Positions 1 through 10,089 of a stretch of DNA of 32,000 nucleotides are shown here, piece by piece. Made by a program: the position numbers and the translations under genes. The stretch is from Acaryochloris thomasi RCC1774 (GTDB lineage Bacteria > Cyanobacteriota > Cyanobacteriia > Thermosynechococcales > Thermosynechococcaceae): the NCBI RefSeq assembly GCF_003231495.1, contig NZ_PQWO01000006.1, positions 120,001 to 152,000 of the forward strand, read 5' to 3'. Position 1 is the stretch's first letter; each line of letters begins with the position of its first letter. The notes under the pieces are model-generated. The model was not told the DNA's origin. It worked only from the letters and a program-made list of their open reading frames with translations, and ran no database searches.

Positions 1-1
1 C

Positions 2-637
2 TACACCCTTGACAATCACCCTGATGGATCAGCCAGTTCTCCGTTCTACGGCTTACGTTTAGACGGGCTGTTATCAGGGAAGTCTAAAGATATTTACACC
101 TTCAATTTCACAGAAGGTGGGGCAAGCGTGGCCCTCGATTACGACGACACAAGCAACACCATCAACATTTCAGGGACAGCTTACGGCGGGCTTGACCAGG
201 GTGATTCGTACTCGGCTCCTGAGCTGTTCTCGATTAACTTCACCTATCGCAATGTCCAGCAGGTTGCGGGCGATGATGACCTATGGGTTGACGGCAGTCA
301 GGCCGGAAGCAGCACAGGTACAATTACGCGTCAAACCTCTGGTGATGTCTATAATCTGGCCGATTTTTCAGGTGCAAATGCCTATAGCTTCCGGTTAGGG
401 GACGGTGACAATAATCAAGGTCATCGGGGCCATCAGGGTATTTCTGGGTGGGGTTGGCTCAATCATGCCCCCGCAGATCAGGATCCAAGCCTCAGCCCCC
501 ATCTCTACTCTTCTGATTGGCTGTTTACAGCTCAATCCAAACCTGCGGCTGTACCTGAATCACCCTTAACAGCAGGGGCATTGGCTCTACTTGTGGGTGG
601 ATTCATTGCGCTAAAGCGGAAGCAGCGTATTGCTTAG
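2..637 (+). CDS. PEP-CTERM sorting-domain secreted protein, 5' end truncated by the window edge
   Basis: The reading frame is open from position 2 and is the same frame as the track ORF at 128. The C-terminus is VPESPLTAGALALLVGGFIALKRKQRIA: a PEP-like motif, a hydrophobic helix and a basic tail, as in PEP-CTERM/exosortase substrates. The body is Gly/Asp/Ser-rich. Confidence 0.6.
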   Translation, partial: YTLDNHPDGSASSPFYGLRLDGLLSGKSKDIYTFNFTEGGASVALDYDDTSNTINISGTAYGGLDQGDSYSAPELFSINFTYRNVQQVAGDDDLWVDGSQAGSSTGTITRQTSGDVYNLADFSGANAYSFRLGDGDNNQGHRGHQGISGWGWLNHAPADQDPSLSPHLYSSDWLFTAQSKPAAVPESPLTAGALALLVGGFIALKRKQRIA

Positions 638-688
638 GGGGCTGCTATCGTTGCATAAGTTGTTGCCGCACTGGAGCTGCTGCGACCC

Positions 689-1252
689 ATGCAATCAGAG
701 TCTATAAAATTACGATTTTTAGATGCTGCCTTACTACCCGCTGCTGTGGAGCTGGATCGGCGGGCTTTAGGCGGCATCTGGACTCTGGACGGCTATCGCC
801 AAGAATTTGAAAGGTCCAGCAGTGCTTTGGTTGGACTGGTCAAGTATCAAGGCCAAGATATTAATTTGCTGGGGATGGGCTGCCTGTGGGGAATTGACGA
901 CGAGGCCCACATCATCTTGCTGGCCGTTGATCCGGTCTACCATCGGCAAGGGTTTGGGCAATTGTTGCTCTGGGGAATGCTTGCGATCGCATCTCAACGC
1001 AATCTAACTCGCGCTACCCTCGAAGTCAGAGCCTCAAACCAAGCTGCACTCTCTCTTTATCAAAAATTTGAGTTTCAAATCGCAGGACAACGGAAGGGCT
1101 ATTACTCAGAAACCGACGAAGATGCCCTAATTCTGTGGCTAGGCAAAATACAAACCCCAGCATTTCAGCAGAATCTCAAAGACCAGCAGTGCGACATTAA
1201 AAAACGAATGGAGTCGTACGGGTTCAACCTATCTTTTGACATCAAAAGTTGA
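689..1252 (+). CDS. rimI: GNAT acetyltransferase, probably ribosomal-protein-alanine N-acetyltransferase RimI
   Basis: It has a GNAT motif A (LLAVDPVYHRQGFGQLLL) and the stretch ATLEVRASNQAALSLYQKFEF. Length and layout are typical of RimI. Confidence 0.7.
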   Translation: MQSESIKLRFLDAALLPAAVELDRRALGGIWTLDGYRQEFERSSSALVGLVKYQGQDINLLGMGCLWGIDDEAHIILLAVDPVYHRQGFGQLLLWGMLAIASQRNLTRATLEVRASNQAALSLYQKFEFQIAGQRKGYYSETDEDALILWLGKIQTPAFQQNLKDQQCDIKKRMESYGFNLSFDIKS

Positions 1253-1499
1253 GCTAATTTCCTCTAGAAAGGGTGAAATTCCCGTACCTAATCGCCGGAA
1301 AAAGTTTCCCCTGCTGCTATGACAAAACCGTAGAATGGTTGAGAGGAGACCAAGCTACATTCTAAATCGTGATTCAGCGTCCCTGATCGGGTCAATGCAA
1401 AACAGGTAGGAATGTAGTTAAACTCTCTCATAAAGCCACATTGACAAGATTTGTCTATGTTAAGATTGGCTTTACCAGCAGCAGGTACGGGAAGACGCG

Positions 1500-3974
1500 A
1501 TGTTTGAACGCTTTACAGAAAAAGCCATCAAAGTGATTATGCTGGCCCAAGAAGAAGCCCGCCGCTTGGGACACAACTTTGTCGGTACAGAACAGATCCT
1601 TTTGGGCTTAATTGGCGAAGGGACTGGCGTAGCGGCCAAAGTCCTTAAGTCCATGGGCGTCAATCTCAAAGATGCTCGGGTCGAAGTTGAAAAAATTATT
1701 GGTCGCGGTTCTGGGTTTGTAGCCGTGGAGATTCCCTTCACGCCTCGAGCCAAGCGCGTACTAGAGCTATCGCTGGAAGAGGCCCGTCAGCTCGGCCACA
1801 ACTACATTGGTACAGAGCACCTGCTCCTCGGATTAATCAGAGAGGGTGAAGGTGTTGCGGCTCGCGTTCTAGAAAACTTAGGCGTTGACCTCGGCAAAGT
1901 TCGCACCCAAGTGATTCGGATGCTGGGTGAAACAGCCGAAGTAACCGCTGGCGGAAGCTCAGGACGCACTAAGACACCAACACTAGACGAGTTTGGCTCT
2001 AACCTGACTCAGCTTGCTGCTGATGGAAAGCTAGACCCTGTTGTCGGTCGTCAGAAAGAAATTGAGCGCGTCATTCAGATCCTCGGTCGCCGCACCAAGA
2101 ACAATCCAGTACTTATTGGCGAACCGGGCGTGGGTAAAACCGCCATTGCAGAGGGCTTAGCCCAGCGAATTACCAACGCAGATATCCCCGACATTCTCGA
2201 AGAGAAGCGGGTCGTAACGCTAGATATTGGCCTGCTGGTTGCCGGTACCAAGTATCGAGGCGAATTTGAAGAGCGCCTCAAGAAAATCATGGATGAGATT
2301 CGGCAGGCGTCGAACGTCATCTTGGTGATTGACGAGGTTCATACCCTGATTGGTGCCGGTGCTGCTGAAGGCGCGATTGATGCCGCTAATATCCTCAAGC
2401 CAGCTTTGGCTCGGGGTGAGCTGCAGTGCATTGGAGCCACGACCCTTGATGAGTATCGCAAGCACATCGAAAGAGATGCCGCTCTAGAGCGACGCTTCCA
2501 GCCTGTGATGGTGGGCGAGCCTTCTGTCGATGAGACCATTGAAATTCTCTATGGCTTGCGAGAGCGCTATGAGCAGCACCACAAGCTGAAGATTTTAGAT
2601 GAGTCTTTAGAGGCTGCTGCCAAGCTATCCGATCGCTATATCTCAGATCGCTATCTTCCAGACAAGGCCATTGACTTGATCGACGAAGCCGGTTCTCGGG
2701 TTCGTTTGATTAACTCTCAGCTTCCACCAGCCGCCAAAGAGCTGGATAAGGAACTGCGTCAAGTTCTTAAGGACAAGGACGATGCCGTTCGCTCCCAGGA
2801 CTTTGACAAGGCTGGGGGACTGCGCGATCGCGAAATGGAGATCAAGTCAGAGATCAAGACCATTGCTCAAGCCAAGCGCGATGAAGGCTCTGAGAGCGGT
2901 GGCGATGAGTCACCCAAGGTTACCGAAGAGGATATCGCCCACATCGTGGCTTCCTGGACTGGGGTACCTGTGAACAAGCTGACGGAGACTGAATCCGACA
3001 AGCTGATGCACATGGAAGACACCCTTCACCAGCGCCTAATCGGTCAGGAAGAAGCCGTCAAGGCGATCTCTCGTGCCATTCGACGGGCTCGCGTGGGTCT
3101 TAAGAACCCTAACAGGCCCATTGCTAGCTTTATCTTCTCTGGTCCGACTGGCGTGGGTAAAACGGAGCTAACCAAGGCACTCGCAACCTACTTCTTCGGC
3201 TCTGAAGACGCGATGGTGCGCTTAGATATGTCGGAGTACATGGAACGCCATACGGTTTCTAAGCTGATTGGTTCTCCTCCTGGCTATGTTGGCTACAACG
3301 AAGGTGGTCAGCTTACCGAGGCCGTGCGCCGGCGTCCTTACACCGTCGTGCTGTTTGACGAGATTGAGAAGGCGCACCCAGATGTCTTTAACATGCTGCT
3401 GCAGATTCTTGAAGATGGTCGACTGACTGACGCCAAGGGACGCACTGTGGACTTCAAGAACACGATGCTGATCATGACCTCTAACATCGGGTCTAAGGTT
3501 ATTGAGAAGGGAGGCGGTGGCCTCGGCTTTGACTTTGCTGAAGATCAGGTTGATTCTCAGTACAACCGGATTCGGTCTTTGGTCAACGAAGAGCTGAAGC
3601 AGTACTTCCGGCCTGAGTTCTTGAACCGCTTGGATGAGATCATTGTCTTCCGTCAGCTCACGAAGGACGAGGTGAAGGATATCTCTGAGATCTTACTCAA
3701 AGAGGTCTTTGCCCGTTTGGAAGAGAAGGAGATCTCCCTTCAAATTACAGAGCGCTTCAAGGAGCTGCTTATTGAAGAGGGTTACAATCCCAGCTATGGT
3801 GCGCGACCGCTCCGTCGAGCGATTATGCGCCTGCTAGAGGATACGCTGGCTGAGGAGATTCTCTCGGGCCGCGTTAAGGCTGGCGATACGGCAGTTGTTG
3901 ACGTTAATGAAGAAGGCAAGGTTCATGTCGAACCGAGCGAGCGGCGAGAGCTGCTGCCGCAAGCGGTTGAATAA
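1500..3974 (+). CDS. clpC: ATP-dependent Clp protease ATP-binding subunit ClpC
   Basis: The N-terminus [37 protein letters not shown] contains the duplicated Clp_N repeat. There are two AAA modules with Walker A motifs GEPGVGKTA and GPTGVGKTE, a UVR-like linker, and 824 aa in total. Confidence 0.96.
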   Translation: MFERFTEKAIKVIMLAQEEARRLGHNFVGTEQILLGLIGEGTGVAAKVLKSMGVNLKDARVEVEKIIGRGSGFVAVEIPFTPRAKRVLELSLEEARQLGHNYIGTEHLLLGLIREGEGVAARVLENLGVDLGKVRTQVIRMLGETAEVTAGGSSGRTKTPTLDEFGSNLTQLAADGKLDPVVGRQKEIERVIQILGRRTKNNPVLIGEPGVGKTAIAEGLAQRITNADIPDILEEKRVVTLDIGLLVAGTKYRGEFEERLKKIMDEIRQASNVILVIDEVHTLIGAGAAEGAIDAANILKPALARGELQCIGATTLDEYRKHIERDAALERRFQPVMVGEPSVDETIEILYGLRERYEQHHKLKILDESLEAAAKLSDRYISDRYLPDKAIDLIDEAGSRVRLINSQLPPAAKELDKELRQVLKDKDDAVRSQDFDKAGGLRDREMEIKSEIKTIAQAKRDEGSESGGDESPKVTEEDIAHIVASWTGVPVNKLTETESDKLMHMEDTLHQRLIGQEEAVKAISRAIRRARVGLKNPNRPIASFIFSGPTGVGKTELTKALATYFFGSEDAMVRLDMSEYMERHTVSKLIGSPPGYVGYNEGGQLTEAVRRRPYTVVLFDEIEKAHPDVFNMLLQILEDGRLTDAKGRTVDFKNTMLIMTSNIGSKVIEKGGGGLGFDFAEDQVDSQYNRIRSLVNEELKQYFRPEFLNRLDEIIVFRQLTKDEVKDISEILLKEVFARLEEKEISLQITERFKELLIEEGYNPSYGARPLRRAIMRLLEDTLAEEILSGRVKAGDTAVVDVNEEGKVHVEPSERRELLPQAVE

Positions 3975-4000
3975 TAGTTTCAGCTCTAAAACCTAAGCAG

Positions 4001-4037
4001 CCAGCCTCCTGTATCTTCGGGAGGCTGGTTATTTTTT
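4001..4037 (+). terminator. Rho-independent terminator downstream of clpC
   Basis: A 9-bp GC-rich stem (ccagcctcc at 4001-4009, ggaggctgg at 4020-4028) with a 10-nt loop is followed by ttatttttt. Confidence 0.7.
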
Positions 4038-4070
4038 AGCACTTTGAACCTCCAGCCTGATTCGCAAACG

Positions 4071-4919
4071 ATGAAAGTTCTGATTTTAGGATGTGGCTAT
4101 ACAGGGCAACGCCTGGCCCATTGGCTGCTTGACAGAAAAATTCCGGTACAGATTACGACTCGGACGGGGGCATCTCAACTAGGTCTAGAGGTGCCAACTT
4201 ATGCCTTTGCCTATGGCGATCAGACGCAGCCATTAGTCTCTGAGGCGTTGGCAGGAGTGACCCATATTCTCAGCAGCATTCCGCCCGCAAAGGATGGGGT
4301 TGATCCGGTGGTGGCGTTGTTGCTGCACACGCTGCCGTCGCTGGATTTACGGTGGTTTGGCTACCTGTCTACGACCGGTGTATACGGAGATACCCAGGGG
4401 GCTTGGGTAGATGAGACGAGTGAATTAAAGCCGAGCAATGTGCGATCGCAACATCGGGTCAACATCGAAGCCAAATTCTTAGCAGCCAATTTACCCACTC
4501 ACATCTTCAGGCTGCCAGGAATCTACGGCCCAGGCCGCAGTATCTTCGAACGTTTACAATCTGGCAAAGTGAGGCACATTGACAAACCTGGGCATGTCTT
4601 TAGCCGCATTCATGTAGATGATATTGTCCAAACCGTAGGGACATCCATCTTGAACCCCAATCCAATAAATATCTACAACGTAGGCGATGACGAACCTTCA
4701 GAACCCAGCACTTTAATTATCGAAGCTCATCGACTGATGGGCAGCACCCCTCCGCCAGCCAATTCCTTTGATTCCGCTCAGATGAGTCCAATGGCGGCTT
4801 CTTTTTGGAAGGACTGTCGCCGAGTCAGCAACCAAAAAATTAAGGAAAAGCTGGGAATCAAGCTCCTGTATCCCACCTATCGAGAAGGGCTGCAGACTAT
4901 TTGGAATGCTTCTCAGTAA
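4071..4919 (+). CDS. NAD(P)-binding Rossmann-fold protein, SDR / NAD-dependent epimerase family
   Basis: MKVLILGCGYTGQRLA is a GxGxxG dinucleotide-binding N-terminus. I prefer the ATG at 4071 over the track TTG at 4044, because 4044 lies only 7 nt after the clpC terminator. Confidence 0.65.
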   Translation: MKVLILGCGYTGQRLAHWLLDRKIPVQITTRTGASQLGLEVPTYAFAYGDQTQPLVSEALAGVTHILSSIPPAKDGVDPVVALLLHTLPSLDLRWFGYLSTTGVYGDTQGAWVDETSELKPSNVRSQHRVNIEAKFLAANLPTHIFRLPGIYGPGRSIFERLQSGKVRHIDKPGHVFSRIHVDDIVQTVGTSILNPNPINIYNVGDDEPSEPSTLIIEAHRLMGSTPPPANSFDSAQMSPMAASFWKDCRRVSNQKIKEKLGIKLLYPTYREGLQTIWNASQ

Positions 4920-5118
4920 GATACAGCGGATCGCAGCTTGGTGGGGTACAGCCTGGAGCTGAAAATCTCTGCTCAGCTTCCAGGATTTCAGGTGTCTTTT
5001 ATCTAACTGAAGACCGCTGTAAGAGGTGACAAGCAGATCTCACGTTCACAAGCATGAAATTCTCCACCAGTGGAGAATTGAAAAGGTAAGTGGCTAAGAC
5101 GCTGAATACCCTTCCGTC

Positions 5119-5637
5119 TTAAAACTCGCTTTTTTCGATCTGATCGCGAATAGCATTTAAGTCTATGTATCGATCGGTTGCGTTTCGCAATTCTCTCGCG
5201 ATCATTCCTTCTGTTGAGACCACGGTAATGTGCGTATTTTTGGATCGTAAAAGCTCAATTGCACGCTCAAAGTCACCATCACCACTAAATAGGATAACGC
5301 GATCATATTGCTCAACTGTGTTGAACATATCGATCACAATTTCAATGTCTAAATTAGCTTTTTGTGAATATCGGCCTGATGAATCATCGTAGTATTCTTT
5401 CAGTATTTTGTAGCGAACGGTATAGCCTAAACTGATGAGGGCATCTCTGAACCCTCTTTGATCTTGGGCGTCCTTGAGACCAGTGTACCAAAAGGCATTA
5501 CAGAGTTTAACTCCAGGCTCATTCGTGAAATAACTTAAGATACGACGCGGATCAAAAAACCAACCATTCTTCTGCTGAGCATAAAACATATTGTTTCCAT
5601 CAATAAAGATGGAAATGCGCTCTGACAAAGCTTTCAT
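5119..5637 (-). CDS. NYN-domain protein of the LabA/DUF88 family
   Basis: ISIFIDGNNMFYA near the N-terminus and ILFSGDGDFERAIELL are the conserved acidic motifs of LabA-like NYN (PIN-like) domains. The protein is 172 aa. Confidence 0.7.
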   Translation of the reverse strand: MKALSERISIFIDGNNMFYAQQKNGWFFDPRRILSYFTNEPGVKLCNAFWYTGLKDAQDQRGFRDALISLGYTVRYKILKEYYDDSSGRYSQKANLDIEIVIDMFNTVEQYDRVILFSGDGDFERAIELLRSKNTHITVVSTEGMIARELRNATDRYIDLNAIRDQIEKSEF

Positions 5638-5751
5638 AGAGTAGCAAAATTACTATTTTTGATAGAAGTAGAAGATTATTTAAAAAATCTCATAAATATG
5701 TCTTAACTATAGCTCAATCTGAGAATGGCGTTTTCTGATTACTGGTATTTC

Positions 5752-6261
5752 CTAATCGATATCTTCGTAAATTGTCATGATTTCAGGGTCAAGGACTCGT
5801 AAGACTCGTTTTGCATCTTGAATCAATCGCTGAGATCCCTTCACAATGACGAGATATTTCCCATTTTCTAGACGTTTAGCATAAGGAATGAGATCTTTAT
5901 CAAGATAGAGCTGTGCACCGCCACCATAGGCGAAACTGCCCATTGCTGCAGCACCTAACCCGAATAAGCCGCCAATAAAGCCATCGCCAATATTTCCGAG
6001 GCCAGGAATAATAGTGAGCTGGGTGATTTGGTTGAAGGTCACCCCTGCAAAGAATCCGAAGGGAAGCAGCCAGAGCATCATTCGCTTCATGCTTTGCCAC
6101 TTCAAAAGTGTGGGATCGAATAGAGAGTCAGTATCAGGCATTTTGAAGCCTTGCCCGAAAACGCTGATCTGTGCAGTGGGTAGACCTGCTGTTTCTAGAT
6201 TTTTGGCGGCGGTTTCGGCCTGGGTGCGCTCGCCGAGCGTCACAACAATGTAGTCAGACAT
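5752..6261 (-). CDS. Hypothetical membrane protein with soluble N- and C-terminal segments flanking Gly-rich transmembrane helices
   Basis: A clean 169-aa ORF with hydrophobic Gly-zipper stretches (LLPFGFFAGV, GGLFGLGAAAMGSFAYGGG). I recognise no catalytic motif. Confidence 0.45.
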   Translation of the reverse strand: MSDYIVVTLGERTQAETAAKNLETAGLPTAQISVFGQGFKMPDTDSLFDPTLLKWQSMKRMMLWLLPFGFFAGVTFNQITQLTIIPGLGNIGDGFIGGLFGLGAAAMGSFAYGGGAQLYLDKDLIPYAKRLENGKYLVIVKGSQRLIQDAKRVLRVLDPEIMTIYEDID

Positions 6262-6329
6262 AAAGTGCCCAAGTCCTGAGGTATCCTCTATACTCTTACC
6301 GCAGAGGTATAGCTTTTGGGTAACCTTCT

Positions 6330-8321
6330 TTGAAGTTTTTGGCTCAACTGCGGGTTTGGTTTGTCGGCGTAAGAGCGATTGCGATCCCCGAAGGGGGGCG
6401 GCGGGTTATCGTGAGTAGTCTTCCTCCAATCATCGCCGGTATAGCTGCAACAGCTTTAATTTTAGGCTTTCGTCATATCGGTAGCCTTCAGCTCCTAGAA
6501 CTCACGGCCTACGACCAGTTGATGCAGTCTCGGCCTGACTTGGGGGCCGATCCGCGTCTGTTAGTGGTCGGTATTACCGAACAAGATATTCAAAATCAAG
6601 GTCAGTTTCCCCTGCCTGATGCCGTTCTGGTGAAGCTGTTGAAAAGGCTCAAATCTTACCAGCCACGAGTGATGGGCCTAGATATGTGGCGGGGCGATAT
6701 CTTAGTGCAGCCTGGTGCTGCTGCCGAGGTTGATCGGGCCGCCCTTGTCGAGCAACTGAAGCAGTCTGATCGCATGATTGCGATCACCTTCCTCGGCGAT
6801 GAAGCCAAGCGAACTGTGCCGCCACCGCCAGGTTTGCCGGAGGACCAGATTGGTTTCAACGACGTTACGGTTGATTCTGGTCGTGTTCTGCGGCGCAACT
6901 TACTTTACGTAGATGACTATTTCCCTTCTTTCTCGCTTCGGGTGGCCCTACGGTATCTGCGGGATGATGGTATTGAAGATCGGCCCAGTGATGCTGATGA
7001 AAATATTTTGCAGATTGGCTCTACAGTTTTTCCGCCCCTGAAGTCTGATGATGGCGGCTACACCCGCATTGATGCAGCTAATACCTACCAGATTTTGCTG
7101 AACTATCGCTCGGCTCAGCGCAGTGTTGAGCAGGTGAGCTTAACGCAGGTACTGGAAGGTCAGGTGGACTCTCAACAAATTGAAGATCGGATTGTTTTAA
7201 TTGGGACAACTGGGGCCAGCGGCGGTGACTTTTATCTGACCCCCTATAATTTTGGCGCTAACGATCAGCCTCAGATGCCAGGTGTCGTGATCCATGCTCA
7301 AATGGTCAGTCAGTTCCTGGATGCGGCCTATGGTAAGCGACCCCTGATTCGCGTTTGGTCTGAGCCGCTGGAAATGGTCTGGATCTTGTTCTGGTCTCTA
7401 ATCGGAGGACTACTGTTTTGGATGGTTCGCCGTCCCCTGGGGTTAGTCGTCGGGAGTGGTGCGGCGATTGGCTTGTTGTTTATCCTTTGCCAAGGATTTT
7501 TTCTGCGGTCGCTGTGGGTGCCGCTGGTACCGCCCTTCTTGACTTTCTTAGGGGCTGGCGGTGGCGTAGTTGCCTACCGTGCCCAGCAGGCACAGCGTCA
7601 GCAACAGATGGTGATGCGGCTGCTGGGGCAAAGTTCTTCACCCGAGATTGCGAAAACTTTATGGCAGCGGCGGGATGAGCTGCTTCAAGACGGGAAGCTG
7701 CCGGGGCAGGCACTCACTGCCACGCTGATGTTTACCGACCTTAAGGGATTTAGCTCAATTTCTGAGCGGCTATCACCGGAGCAGCTTCTAAACTGGCTGA
7801 ATGAATATTTTGAAGTGATGACGGATGTGGTAGTAGATCACCACGGCGTAATTAATAAGTTCACCGGCGATGGTCTAATGGCGGCGTTTGGGGTGCCGAT
7901 TCCGCGAGCAGATTGGAATGCGATCGCAACCGATGCTCAGAGAGCCGTTGCTTGTGCGTTGAAGATGGGGGAGTCTCTTGAACTCCTCAATCAGCGGTGG
8001 CAGTTGCAGGGTTTACCAAAGGTCCAGATGCGGGTAGGAATCTTCACGGGGCCTGTGGTCGTGGGCAGTCTCGGAAGTAAATCGAGATTAGAGTACGGCA
8101 TCATTGGCGATGGTGTTAACACAGCTTCTCGGCTCGAAAGTGTTGATAAGCACCGGCAGTCTTCGGCCTGCCGCATCCTGATTGCCCAAGCCACGCTGGA
8201 CTATCTTCAGGATAATTACGAGGTTGAAGCTTGGGGCGCTCTAACGCTGAAAGGTAAAGCTGAACAGGTTGAGGCCTTTCGGGTAATCCGTGTTGCTGAA
8301 AGGGGTGATCAGGAAGCTTAA
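6330..8321 (+). CDS. CHASE2 sensor-domain class III adenylate/guanylate cyclase
   Basis: The N-terminal part is an extracytoplasmic CHASE2-like region followed by a cluster of transmembrane helices (about aa 345-420). The C-terminal part is a class III cyclase domain (LMFTDLKGFSSISE, INKFTGDGLMAAFGVP, GIIGDGVNTASRLES). The start is uncertain: either the TTG at 6330 or the in-frame GTG at 6411. Confidence 0.85.
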   Translation: MKFLAQLRVWFVGVRAIAIPEGGRRVIVSSLPPIIAGIAATALILGFRHIGSLQLLELTAYDQLMQSRPDLGADPRLLVVGITEQDIQNQGQFPLPDAVLVKLLKRLKSYQPRVMGLDMWRGDILVQPGAAAEVDRAALVEQLKQSDRMIAITFLGDEAKRTVPPPPGLPEDQIGFNDVTVDSGRVLRRNLLYVDDYFPSFSLRVALRYLRDDGIEDRPSDADENILQIGSTVFPPLKSDDGGYTRIDAANTYQILLNYRSAQRSVEQVSLTQVLEGQVDSQQIEDRIVLIGTTGASGGDFYLTPYNFGANDQPQMPGVVIHAQMVSQFLDAAYGKRPLIRVWSEPLEMVWILFWSLIGGLLFWMVRRPLGLVVGSGAAIGLLFILCQGFFLRSLWVPLVPPFLTFLGAGGGVVAYRAQQAQRQQQMVMRLLGQSSSPEIAKTLWQRRDELLQDGKLPGQALTATLMFTDLKGFSSISERLSPEQLLNWLNEYFEVMTDVVVDHHGVINKFTGDGLMAAFGVPIPRADWNAIATDAQRAVACALKMGESLELLNQRWQLQGLPKVQMRVGIFTGPVVVGSLGSKSRLEYGIIGDGVNTASRLESVDKHRQSSACRILIAQATLDYLQDNYEVEAWGALTLKGKAEQVEAFRVIRVAERGDQEA

Positions 8322-8334
8322 ATATTCACCGCTG

Positions 8335-10065
8335 TTAGGCAGGATAAATCCGCAGACGACGATTGGGTTCTTCTCCAAAGCTGCGGGACTGGAGCCGATA
8401 GTGTTCGATCAGCTCATGCTGCATTTTTCTAACCAACGCTGAGCGGGGTAGCAGCTCCACCGGCTGTCCTTTGGGAATCACGATTTGTTCAACGGCGAGT
8501 CTTGCTTCTTCCAGCGCCTCCATTTCATCATCGCTTTCGTCGCCCATAAACATCCGCAGGTCCACGACCTCAGGGGTACCGGGTTCGTCCATATTCAGCA
8601 GCCGTCGCAGCCCTCGCGCAATTTGGGGAATGGTGCTGGCTTTGATGGTGTGGACGGGGAGCTGGCGACTCTTGGCAAGCTGCTTGAGCTTGGAGTGATG
8701 TTTGACGTGCGATCGCAACCCTAGAACCACATCAGCATTGTCAATATCCTTTGTCAGAATAATGGGTAGATTCAGCGTCCGAATCACCTGATCGAGCTGC
8801 GACCGACTGACGCCATAGGGATAAATATGGAGCGGCAGATCTTCGCCATTGGGACCGGCCCAGGCAATCTCGTTACCGTACCGGTCTTGGCGATCCATTG
8901 ACGCATCCAAGAGCGTCTGAAACATATTCGAATCTGGTGAAACAGGGATCTGTTCCTTGAGTGGCACAACCGGAATTTGACTAGAGGAACGCCAGCTTTT
9001 CTGAGCTGTAGGCTCTGGCGTTTCGATTAGCTTCGGTAGCTCGTGAGTGATTGCCACCTTCCCGGCGTCATTGACAGTGCGAATTTGGGGGTTGGGTACT
9101 CTTCCTCGCAAGAGTTGATCAACGGTCACGGAAACTTCATCGTGAACCACCCAGCGGCTGCGTTCCAGCATCTCTACTGCGACATCGAATGTGGGCGGTG
9201 CTTTGCGCTCTAGGACACTTTTTTGGCTGCCGCGCCGACGGGCCTCATCATCCCCAAGAGTCACAGACTGAATCCCCCCCACAAGGTCAGAGAGAGTCGG
9301 GTTCTTCATCAGGTTCTCGATCTGGTTGCCGTGGGCGGTACCGATTAGCTGAACGCCGCGCTCAGCAATAGTGCGGGCTGCGAGGGCTTCTAGTTCGGTG
9401 CCGATTTCATCAATCACGATCACTTCCGGCATGTGATTTTCTACCGCCTCAATCATCACCTGATGCTGCAGTTCGGGGCGGGCCACCTGCATCCGACGGG
9501 CGCGGCCAATCGCGGGGTGCGGGACATCGCCATCTCCGGCAATTTCGTTTGAGGTATCAATAATGACGACGCGCTTTAGCAGATCGTCGGCCAAGACGCG
9601 CGCAATTTCCCGCAGTGCCGTGGTTTTGCCAACGCCAGGACGCCCCAGTAGCAAAATAGATTTACCGCTTTCCACCAGATCTTGAATCATGGTGATCGTG
9701 CCGTAGACGGCTCGACCGACCCGGCAGGTGAGACCAATGATTTCGCCCTGACGGTTGCGCATGGCGCTGATCCGATGGAGCGTACGCTCAATTCCGGCGC
9801 GGTTGTCGCCGCTAAAGTGGCCGACGCGCTGAATGCAGTAGTCTAAGTCGGTGCGAGTCACAACCTGCTCGGTCAAAAACTCAGCCTTCTCTGGAAAGCG
9901 GGCTTCCGGTTGGCGGCCAATGTCGAGCACCACTTCGATCAAAGAGTCGAGCTGAGCGTGGGCTTGGAGTTGCGATCGCAACGGTGCTGGCAAAATACTG
10001 AGCAGCTGCTCCAGGTTATCTGTAATCAGCCTACGATTTTGGGTTGTAGATTCAGCCATAGTCAA
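8335..10065 (-). CDS. AAA-type ATPase with a C-terminal R3H nucleic-acid-binding domain (Ycf45 / SpoIIIAA-like family)
   Basis: Walker A is GRPGVGKTT and Walker B is VIVIDEIG. The C-terminus VRKMQHELIEHYRLQSRSFGEEPNRRLRIYP has an R3H-type pattern. Confidence 0.75.
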   Translation of the reverse strand: MTMAESTTQNRRLITDNLEQLLSILPAPLRSQLQAHAQLDSLIEVVLDIGRQPEARFPEKAEFLTEQVVTRTDLDYCIQRVGHFSGDNRAGIERTLHRISAMRNRQGEIIGLTCRVGRAVYGTITMIQDLVESGKSILLLGRPGVGKTTALREIARVLADDLLKRVVIIDTSNEIAGDGDVPHPAIGRARRMQVARPELQHQVMIEAVENHMPEVIVIDEIGTELEALAARTIAERGVQLIGTAHGNQIENLMKNPTLSDLVGGIQSVTLGDDEARRRGSQKSVLERKAPPTFDVAVEMLERSRWVVHDEVSVTVDQLLRGRVPNPQIRTVNDAGKVAITHELPKLIETPEPTAQKSWRSSSQIPVVPLKEQIPVSPDSNMFQTLLDASMDRQDRYGNEIAWAGPNGEDLPLHIYPYGVSRSQLDQVIRTLNLPIILTKDIDNADVVLGLRSHVKHHSKLKQLAKSRQLPVHTIKASTIPQIARGLRRLLNMDEPGTPEVVDLRMFMGDESDDEMEALEEARLAVEQIVIPKGQPVELLPRSALVRKMQHELIEHYRLQSRSFGEEPNRRLRIYPA

Positions 10066-10089
10066 ATTCGGATCTCTATCCTGAGTCCG

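Noticed and set aside
1441-1466. TTGACA and TAAGAT hexamers upstream of clpC as a candidate promoter.
   Set aside because: The spacer is only 14 nt, too short for a functional sigma70-type promoter, so I did not call it.
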